From Octopus sinensis (taxonomy: Eukaryota): DNA of 64,000 bases. The translations under genes and the position numbers were made by a program. Below, piece by piece: positions 53,341 to 64,000 of the stretch. Below the pieces are notes generated by a model. It was not told where the DNA came from. It saw only the letters and a list, made by a program, of their open reading frames with translations, and made no database searches. Position 1 is the stretch's first letter. The number at the start of each line of letters is the position of its first letter. Where the stretch lies: NCBI RefSeq assembly GCF_006345805.1, contig NC_043004.1:84506001-84570000 (forward strand), written 5' to 3'.

Positions 53341-53481
53341 TGTGACCTTTTTCTTGCGTGTGCCTATACCCTCTTTTCTCTGTTGTTATTTCATAGTGTA
53401 TGTAGCTCCCAACTCTGTCATGTAGGGAATATATTACTTCCTCTTCGTGTTATCATTGTCATTATACACACACACATACAG

Positions 53482-53527
<46 letters not shown>

Positions 53528-53595
53528 TTATTATTATTAGTAATAGTAATAGTAGCAATAGTAGTAGTAGTAGTAGTAGTAGTAGTAGAAGTAAC

Positions 53596-53656
<61 letters not shown>

Positions 53657-55407
53657 GTAGTAGCAGTATCGTTATTATCACCATCACTATTATCATCATC
53701 ATCATGGCTCTTGTTTTTGCTGTCGATTTGAAAATTGAAATTACGTTCTATTGTGTATGTATTCAATGCATGTCTGTCTTGCCTGTATATATTTAGAAAG
53801 ACTCATTACAGTTAATCCTAAACACTCAATTGCTGGCATATAATAACACTGATGCAGAAAGGCAGTGCTCGCGCATGCAATTTCGGACACGTAACCATGC
53901 ATACAATTTTGTGTATACAGAATGCAAAACAGAACTAGATAATTCTAACTAGGCTTCAACATAATATGCATGTTAAAGTCTTTATATTTCTTTCTGCACT
54001 AAAATAAAATTTTTACCGTAAATAAAGCTAAATATTTTATACAACGTCGGGGATTTAACTGACTTGACTGTTTCTGCTTTCTTGGAAATGGAACAAAAAT
54101 ACGAAGAGAAATATCTAAGTTAAATATAGAAGGTCTTTACACATTCTGGAAACATTTTGTACTCATAGATATATTCATTGTCCTTTTGTTAGAGATAAAA
54201 CGGTACATGTTTTCAAAGAAGACATTCAAATCAATTACATATTATAGAAAAATTTGGCACTTATTATTATAGAATAATTTGGCTCTTATAAAAGGATACA
54301 CTACGTGCCATCAAATATCTCTCGGTAAGGATCTGTTGTTTTCTTAAGTGGTCGTTTCTTTACATTGCTTCCATTTATCGGATTTTCTCGATGACTTTTC
54401 CATGGAGATTATTATTACAGCATTATGTAAATCAAGGAATTACTGAACATGCATTTTACCATCAACGACAGCCACAATCTTCCAACAACCTTCATTCATA
54501 CTACTACTAATAATTGACAATCTAGTGTCCTGCATCGTACCAACTAACTATGATTAATGAGACTAAATTGAATATCAAACATTGAACTAATTACAGCTTT
54601 GTGCTTTCGACACTCTACAATGAAATTTTGAAAATTTCCTGTGAAACTTGTTGAAATGATGATGGACAACTGCGTATGTAAAGCCTATATAACAATAAAT
54701 AATTCGCTCACATGGGACGCCATCTTGAGTGCCATTGCTTCTGATATGTCGTATATCGATTCCATTTAATTTAACAAACAACTATTTTGCGCTTCTGTTA
54801 TGCTATGTGTTGCATTTATCACAGTCGCGAATATATGTTTCCTCTTATATGTTACACTTTTCTGAAGTAGAAATTCTTTTAATATATATGCCTACGATAT
54901 GGAAACATTTTATCACACGTTTATACTTTGGTTCCAATATTTTGTTCTTTTCTCAAATATATCAAGGTAAGATTTTTCCAGTTTGAAAATACAGTGGGAC
55001 AGCTGCATCAGTTTTACTTAATACAAGCGATAATATGAAAGTAATATGTATTGATAAATGTTTAATAACTTACCACAGGAATTGAAAAATTGACCTGCTA
55101 TAGATTACAATGCAAGACAACGTCATAATCTCCTCCCCTAACTTACAATATATTTCAATGGAAATTTACATCTGATGTTGAAGTAATACTGGCGTATGAA
55201 TTATATATTTCGGTAGGTGCACTAAAAGTTCTACATCAGGTTTCAATCTATCGCATGATAGTAATATATGCACTACTAAATTTCATTGTGCATAACATAT
55301 ATTCTAATATTTGGCTTTGCGTTTTGCTATAAACTTTATATAAATATGTCAGTATATGCATGTATTCATGTGTATGTATGTGTGTGTGTAAAAGAAGGAG
55401 AGAGTCT

Positions 55408-55449
<42 letters not shown>

Positions 55450-55452
55450 TTG

Positions 55453-55493
<41 letters not shown>

Positions 55494-56384
55494 GTGTGTG
55501 GTTTGAATCATTTTTCTAATGTCCCAGCGGGAATATGACGTAGGTCCTGAATTCTAATATTTATTTTATTTTTGTGGGGAGATGTGTGAGTGTAAGTATA
55601 TCATAGAATATTCGATTGTCTTGTTACTTATGTTACGGTCTTTCATTGGCTAATTGATTATCTTCCGAAAATTCCACAATTCCAAATTCTAATTAGTAAT
55701 CCCGCTTGATGTGGCGACATTTATCTCCCTTGTTTTAAAACGTATCACCAGAGGGCGTCACGTGTATTTCAATATTTCTACATGTCATATGAGACACCCC
55801 TTTAAATGTTTAATGATCACCCGGGTATGTGTGTTTAAGAGCGTATCGTTTTTCGATTACTCGAACGGTTACCTCAAGAAAACAATAACGCGGAAAGATG
55901 TTTGTAGCTCTAACATTACAGTGAAATTGTTCGCTACTAACGCCGAAACTACTGAATAGTATAAGACATATTCAGGCACTAGAGTTCCATAGTAAATGGC
56001 TACAAACGCTAAAGAATTGCTGCTTATAAACATTGAAGAATTATTTTCTTCTTCTTTCTGCATATTTTATTTAATTGCATCCTTAAGGAAATACCGCGCT
56101 GCGTAATATATTTAATGAAGTATAGGTCGGTTAAAACATACTCAATATTTGTACAAAGAAGTAAATAGCAGTATACATCGTTGTTACAAAACAGAAATTG
56201 TAAGAACATAAGTGCTAGATTTAGATATGATATATTTTCCTTAATTTCAAATTCAAAATTCTTCTTCCTATTAGTATCGAAAGGTGAAAGCTACGTGTAT
56301 TGCCTCTTCTTTATTCTTTAGTTTCATCTTACACTATTTCCGCTGACCTGCTTATTGATTTTGCTCGAATTCTCTTGGAATTAT

Positions 56385-56588
56385 TTTCTGTTCTAGGCAC
56401 AAAGCCCGAAAATTTTGTGGATAATTAGATCGACGCCAGTACGCAACTGGTACATAATTTATGGACCCGGAAAGGATGAAAGGCAAAGGTGACCTCGGAA
56501 GAAATTTGAACTCAGAGCGTACAGACAGATAAAATATCGCTAAGTATTTCGCCCGGAGTGGTAACGTTTCTGCCATTTCACCGCCTTG
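56385..56588 (-). mobile_element. Family B SINE
   Basis: GGATGAAAGGCAAAGGTGACCTCGG..ATTTGAACTCAGAGCGT..TAACGTTTCTGCCA..CCGCC. Confidence 0.8.
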
Positions 56589-56739
56589 GAATTTCTCTTC
56601 CCCTTTCTCTATCATTGTGATATAATATCATCACTTTAGTCCTTCAGTCGTCTCAGTCAATGATGTGGAACATCACATGCTGATTTTGTAGGTTTGCTCT
56701 TTACTATTAAATGTATGCATGTATGTACGTATGTGCATA

Positions 56740-56779
<40 letters not shown>

Positions 56780-56907
56780 ATACTTACATGCATACATACA
56801 TAACTATATACATGCATGTATATATATATATATATAAAGAGAGAGAGAGAGAGATAGGTAGGTAGGTAGGTAGATAGATAGATAGATAGATATATATATA
56901 TATATAT

Positions 56908-56998
<91 letters not shown>

Positions 56999-57959
56999 GA
57001 TAGAAAAAAAATATTGCAGCTGTCATTCATATATTAGTTTTATTTTTCTCGCATCCTCAAATAATCCTTATATAACTTGTTATTCTAACCGTCACTCCAA
57101 AATTTTTCTCTACCCTTCAAATATCATTTTACATTCGTTTTCTTTATTTCCAAAAACCTCTGTGTAAATTTGAAAGAAATGCACACACGCACACTCACAT
57201 AAATTCCCTCGCTGCATCTCAAATATTGTTTTATTTCATTTTCCAAGAAATATAAGATAAAACATTCAACGTATGTCAGTTTATTCGTACACCTCATTCC
57301 GAACGTAACACACTATCTCTCTAATATTCTCCTACATTCTTCGTTTATCACTCATTATTTCCGTCTAACTCACTCTCTTACCATGCATCTAATACTCACT
57401 GTCTATCTATATCCAACAACCTGTCTCTCACTTCCTCTCTTTGCATTCGATCCTTCTCAACTCCCTTTTCTCTATCGTTTTATTAAGCTCTAAATTTACG
57501 GGGAAAAAAACTAATACACGCATACACTGACGTATTATTATATTGGATTACTTTGATGTCAGACAGAACTGAGTTCATATATAAAATTCTGGCAAACGTA
57601 TACATAACTACTTAAAAGAACATCATTTCTATAAAGCACATCAACTTTCAAATTATATATTTCTCTTCCTTTGTAATTCTATTGTTAACTGTTTTATATG
57701 TATATATTCTCATTTATTCTAGGTTTTGTTTTGCTGGAATTGTATTTTGTACTATGTATTACGCAAATGATTATATATAACACTGTTTAAATCTGACAAA
57801 ATTTCTCTCGTCTCATATGTTTTACTTTCTCAGTTATCAAATTATCTCTGTAGTAATGTGGATGAAACAAATCTATATTTGTACGTATATACTCATTTTG
57901 TATTCTATTCCAAATCTCCGGAAGCTCGCTGGCGTAATATGGATTCCATTATTTGGCAA

Positions 57960-58148
57960 AAGACCAGCAAGGTGGCAGAAGTTTGTAAATGTATTTCATC
58001 GACCCTAGTGATCAACTGGTACCTATTTTATCGACTCTAAACGGCGAAAACTACATCGGGGGAATCTGAGGTCAGAACTAAAAGTCTGACGAAATGTTGC
58101 TAAGCATTTATCTCGGCGAGCTAACGATTCTGTCAGATCGCTGCCTTC
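57960..58148 (-). mobile_element. Decayed family B SINE
   Basis: TCGACCCTAGTG..ACTGGTACCTATTTTATCGAC..GACGAAATG..GCTAAGCATTT..GCTAACGATTCTG. Confidence 0.65.
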
Positions 58149-58479
58149 CGTGGTGCCGTAATATTAAAGATATATATTTTAGATGTATATTTTTATTATA
58201 TTTTATGTGTGCTATTTTTGCAGAATTCTACGTAACATTATTCAAGTGACATCTCTTAAACTTCACGTTTAATCTTTTTCACGAATAATATTGACACTGA
58301 AATGTTTCACAATTAAATGTCCAGTTTAATTGTTATTTTAACAAGTTGATATCGCTGATGTAAATTCAAGTATTAGTAATAAATAATCTTGAATTTTAAA
58401 AGTACAAACATAAATTTGCACCAAGAGACTTATTGGGACGTCTTAAAGGCGTATTCGCTAATGGTGAAAAGAATAAGTG

Positions 58480-58960
58480 TGAATTTCAATGCGTGAATTG
58501 CTGGTGATAGTACTGTAATGCGCCAGCCCCTGTTTTTGATCTTCGGAAAAGAGGTTGGTAAAAAATAGTGCGAAACTTACAGTCTTCAATTCGCTTCTCG
58601 TGCCTACTCTCTGCTATGGTTATTAATGATAGGTGCTGATTGAATAACTACGAGAGTGAATACAAGACGACCGAAATGAGGTTCTTTCTAATCCTCTCCG
58701 AAATAACGTTATTCGACAGGGTATGTAGCTCGGAAATCAGGGAATCTCTCTAGCTCAAGCCGCTGCTTTTCTGCATTAAGAGTTTATAGATTTAGTACTA
58801 CAAAAGTGAGATTAGAATATCGCAGTACACAATCACAAATCAGAGTTCCAAGCGTAGAGCTACACAGAGAACGAGCTGTGTCTGAGTTGATTAGGCCTAA
58901 GGGAGCCATCCGGAAAATGTAACCAGAATTGCTTCTGATAAGAGCCATGGGCTCTATTCT
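58480..58960 (+). mobile_element. RTE-clade LINE relic (post-RT region)
   Basis: PTLCYG..EMRFF..LFDRVCSSEIRESL*LKPLLF..RPKG; similar to 36960-37290. Confidence 0.55.
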
Positions 58961-58999
58961 AAGGACTCTATTCTAAGACGTGCCTTATAAATATGGACG

Positions 59000-60647
59000 A
59001 AGAAGATGGATTGATTGATGCATGGATTGCTGGATGACAATGTCTTCCATTAAGCATATTTCGTATGTGCCCGAGAATCTTCTACAATGTCATGGTGATT
59101 TTAGATTACTCAAAATGATAGTGTCTACGCACCCGTCACTCGTGATTGGTCGTACAAAAAAATATTTCACACAAGAACATTTCTGAAAGTGGTTGCAGTC
59201 CGACACCTACCACTTGCAACGACTATTGCAGTTTCTCCATGTCTTACAGGTAAAATTCGTCGCTAGCTTCACGATGTATATCAACTGGCGATTATTTAGA
59301 GATGAGGTTCACGGAGAAATTGGGCATAAGACGCTATGGAAAAGCATTAGTTTTTCCGAGACTTTGTCTACAACCGTTTCGAGATTTACATCACTATTTA
59401 TATTTCTGTTTTCGTATACGAACGGACAAATTGATGTTCTACTGACATTGGTCCTTCAAATTCAATTATTGGCATTGACCAACCATTAATCGTCACGTTT
59501 CTCCATATACCGCAGCCATTCCGAACGCGACGGATGCACCGTGCCAAGTATTCCACCTTTGGTAAGCAGAAATGGTGATGTGAGTTTTCCGCTGTAGATA
59601 ATACATAAATGAAATTCTATGGATAAAAGTCAGACTGGCCACGAAACACCTAGGAATTTCAGCATGATATAATAAGATAGGGCGTCATATAACAACGATA
59701 GTTTTTTTTTTGTGCGGCTAATTGTATAATCAAAGAATAACTCAATCTCACTTAAGTCAGAACTGCAGATGTAGTGTATGAATGGCACATATTTTACTAC
59801 ATTATATAACACCTAACCTAATGACTCATTTCACGATAAGCCTGGAATTACATCTCATCCAAATTTGTTGCGCCTGTATAGGACTGAATTACACTGAATC
59901 AATTAGGAAAACCTTTTTGCCGTCCTGTATACGGATGTTTTCTTACTTTGTGAAATTTTAGTTACTCTAAATCTGACATCAGTAGCTATTGTGCGATAGG
60001 TATACAAAGCTTGTTCCTTATTGGTCTACGATAGAGCTATATTTCTTGTACATGTATGTGAAATGTATGTTATATATATATTTATATGTATATATATATA
60101 TAATTGCAGCGTGGAAGGTGTTTGTAAGCCATTTAAGAAACACACAAAAACCGTTCGATTCACTTCAACATTTAAGTTTAATTTGTCAAAATATTTTCGT
60201 CGCTATAAGACCGCGACCTGTTCACTGACAAAAATCTGTGCTGCATCTGAGAAAGTAACAGTTAGTTCGTTATATATATATGTACGTATGTATGTGTGTA
60301 TGTATGTATACACGCATGTATGCATGCATGTATGTATGTATGTACGTACATACGCCTGTGTGTATGTATGTCTGTGTATGCACGCACATACACACTATAA
60401 ACTTAAAGCTATAAATCTGTAGTGATGGATAGATGTAGACTGACCACTCATCACAACAATATCAAATTTCAACCTTCCCCGCCGAAACTAGGAAGTGATT
60501 TACGACCCTCACCCGCAAGACAGAACTCTAAAACCTATTATCAGACATTTATCTGTATATCACAAAACTTTTGTTTTACTATTACTTATCTTTTTTTCTC
60601 CCTTACATCTAGTTCCAAAACACGATCTCAGATGAAAGTACATCTCC

Positions 60648-60687
<40 letters not shown>

Positions 60688-61500
60688 CTCATCGCATTGG
60701 CTGTTGAACTAAAATACGGAGCTTGCCTGGAAATCGCGGCTTCATTGCTTAGACATTCAAAATTGTAGTATTTCACTCCAATATTTACATCATGTCCCAT
60801 TCTGCCTTTCCTAAACTTTACTTTATTTCCGTAATGTCGAAGGGAGTATACTTTAGTAAATGCATGACAACTAATATATTTTCATTAACAATTCTCAGGA
60901 TGGATGTCCAATATCTCGAATTGTTAGATAAACAACAATGCATATATCAACGTCAATTCGATTAAACCATCACAAACAGATGTCCAGCAGATACTGTAAA
61001 TCATACCATTGTTAATTCACTTCCCTTTACATTATACACGAAAGAATTACCGGACAATTGTGCGTAGGTAAATTCAACAAATGCTAATTTCGAGTTGCCA
61101 TATTTCAGTAATCATAAATAGATTTCCAGTGGATAATTTACGTTGGGTATATCACCAATACGTCTCGTTAATTGACCATAGATCTCAGTATTGTTCTGAG
61201 AACCTGTCAATCATCATATGACCCTACGAATATTATGTAATTATGAATGGACGATCAATGTATATTTTGATTCTATGCAATATGTTAAGAGCTGGTTCAT
61301 TCAGATTTCTCTGAAGAAGTATGTTAAAGCCAATGTCACAGAATTTATCCATTAAAAGTGACCACGTGAAATTGGCAATCATACCGGAATATGATAGATT
61401 GCCGATAAATCAAGAAGATGTCTGGCGAATCGTCATAAAATAAAGCAATGGAAATAGAATGCGAAACAGAGAGATGCTTTATCTGAATGTCTCTTGCTCT
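59000..61500 (-). mobile_element. Possible very old Ty3/gypsy pol relic
   Basis: Only scattered motifs: FCLPKVEYLARCI (~59535-59575, like F...VEYLGH.I) and a frameshifted MID(T)GS (~61200-61215). Confidence 0.25.
60102..60248 (-). mobile_element. Single-arm copy of the 444-747 family with G3-C8 hammerhead at 60182-60232
   Basis: Minus strand TTTGTCA-GTGAACA-G-GTCGC(GGTCTTATA)GCGAC-GAAA-ATAT-TT-TGACAAA; adjoins a TA-rich tract. Confidence 0.8.
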
Positions 61501-63083
61501 TTGCATGCGTTTGAATTAGTATGCGATTGTCATATCCTGCGTGTAAATGTAAGTGTGTTTGTGAGTGTGAGTGTTCCAATGGCGATATCTCATATTTTTC
61601 GACAAACCAGAAGAAACGAAATTTAATGAGGAATTGATGAGATGTATTCCGGGAGAGATATTGAATATTTATACACTCGAGGTATGGTTCAGGTATTTTA
61701 ATCAGTTAAACATTTCAGAGTCAAAGACAAATATGCAGTATTGATGTTGATGCTAAATAGTTAGAGGTCAGGATTAACTCTACGATATATGGGCGAATGA
61801 GCACTCTCTTTCTCTGTCTCTCTCTGTTTGTCTTTCTCTTTTAGAGGAAGGACTGCAGAACTACACGGCCGATGATTTCCTTCGTTTAATGAGACCCAAT
61901 AATGTGGATTTTAAAGATATTTAGCAGTTCTACTTATCATGTTGAGTGGCTACGGGCAAACGCCAATTCTGCAATTGCGAATAATTAATTGCCAAATGCT
62001 ATTGAAGTGTATGAACATATGTATATTAGAGAAGGGTTTTTCAAATACCTTGGATGAAATGCAATGTCTGTCTAGTTATTACTTAATAATGATTAAAACA
62101 AGTGAATGCTATTTTTTACTGATCTTGTCACCAACGAATCCCATTCAAACAAATTCAGTTTGACTGTATCCATTTCATATAATGTAAACACTATTTTGAC
62201 CAGCGTTACTTTCTTTAGTTACGTATTACAGACACTCGATATCTATGCAGCTCCAGTTATGCGATCCATCCACAAACAATATAAGTATATAATTTTTGCC
62301 ACTAGGAAATTAATACCGATAACGATTTTAGTGTATCTACATATCATACACCAAAATTAGTATAAAATTGTTTGGTCAAGATCCTTAGATAAACACAGCT
62401 GAAATTGAAATTTATCGAAACGAGAAGAAAAGAAATAGGTATTTTAGATCTGGCAAGAGATGAATAATTGAATATTACATTTGATATTTATATTTCAGGA
62501 AGTGAACGTCGATTTTATTTTATCTCAACTTACTCCACAGAAGTGTTGTGTAACCAAATGTGGTATTTGTATAATAACGTTATGCAAATAATATTATCTT
62601 AGCGAACAACGAAACGTCAAAAATAAAGTATTAAATTAAATCAAAATCACATCTTGTCACATTACATTAACCAGCTGCAACTAAATATAAGAAATAGAAT
62701 TTACTTCAAACGAAGCTTACGCAATTTTTGGTTTAATAATTCTAATATTCAAAGAGAGAGAAAAAACTGTAAATAATACCTGACGTACATTTTAATTTAA
62801 TTTTCAATATTTGAAACACAGGAAACTGATTTGTAATATAAAAATTCTTCAGCTTTATCACCAAGCTATTTACTCTATGGTAATAAGCATCTAAAGAATT
62901 TAGTAGTTCATCTTCTTAGGTATAAGTAATTAAAATAGTTTGAAAATTGTAAACTAGTGTTATGTTCGAATGCAATGTTTAGGTAACACATATACAGCAA
63001 CGTTAATACGTGCACACATACACAAATTGTTCCGTATTCATTATAATCTATGTTTGTATAGATATAAGTATTTACCTATATAC

Positions 63084-63141
<58 letters not shown>

Positions 63142-63210
63142 GTTTGTATATATATATATATATATTAATATGTATGTATGTATGTATGCATGTATGTATG
63201 TATGTATATA

Positions 63211-63254
<44 letters not shown>

Positions 63255-63293
63255 CGTATATATAAGTGTATATATATATATATGTGTGTGTGT

Positions 63294-63324
<31 letters not shown>

Positions 63325-63684
63325 CTTGAAGCAATGAGAGGCAGATAGCGAAATTACAGTGTGCTTTGAATGTTGGATGAAAGAAAGCGTTTTTATGAAG
63401 GAAGCTACTTTAATTATCAGAAGCTCGATTTTAATTATCAGAAATTTGGATCAATAAAAACATCTGTTTAGAAATCTCGACAGTATAACTGTGCTAACCC
63501 TTATGTTTGACTCCATGTTAAGTTTATATTCTGCTCTCTCACAATGAAAACTGCGCTATTTCTGAAATTATCTCAATGACAGATATTTGGAGTTTTCTAA
63601 TATCACACCTGAAGTAAAATTAGGTAATAAGTAATAAATATCAGAGTACATAACCAAATTTTGAACATGTATACTTCCACACAC

Positions 63685-63725
<41 letters not shown>

Positions 63726-63857
63726 TATGTAAAATGCAGCATCTGATAAACGGGAACGATAAATTTGAAACGCAAACACACACAATTATACGAGAACAAT
63801 ACATAGCATTGTGAACTGGTAATGAAATTTTGTACATTACTGACTTCCAGAAGACTG

Positions 63858-64000
63858 TCTCTTCTTCTTCTTCTTCTTCTTCTTCTTCTTCTTCTTCTTC
63901 TTCTTCTTCTTCTTCTTCTTCTTCTTCTTCTTCTTCTTCTTCTTCTTCTTCTTCTTCTTCTTCTTCTTCTTCTTCTTCTTCTTCTTCTTTTTCTCCTTCT
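63858..64000. repeat. (TCT)n microsatellite
   Basis: Directly visible. Confidence 0.95.

Overview
AT-rich, microsatellite-saturated animal genomic DNA. The SINE families look like those of octopus/coleoid cephalopods (inference from recall, not a database hit). It is intergenic or intronic, with one 100-N assembly gap. I find no credible host exon. Almost all ORFs in the track are translations of (TA)n, (CA)n, (TCT)n or (TAA)n repeats. The recognisable coding remnants all come from transposons: two Penelope-like elements (one with RT + GIY-YIG, one with a GIY-YIG region only), a CR1-type LINE 3' end, two R4/Dong-type 3' ends in TAA repeats, two RTE relics and three mariner relics. There is also a non-autonomous Helitron and about 20 SINE copies. 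The main unexplained signal is a dense set of about a dozen type I hammerhead-ribozyme motifs in several unrelated short repeats. These repeats are probably Penelope pseudo-LTR derived, mostly sit next to (TA)n tracts and often form perfect fold-back palindromes with a ribozyme on each strand. Their catalytic cores show natural compensatory swaps of the C3-G8 pair (G3-C8, U3-A8) and usually a palindromic mini helix III, consistent with cleavage as dimers. All structures were folded by eye and none has been tested.
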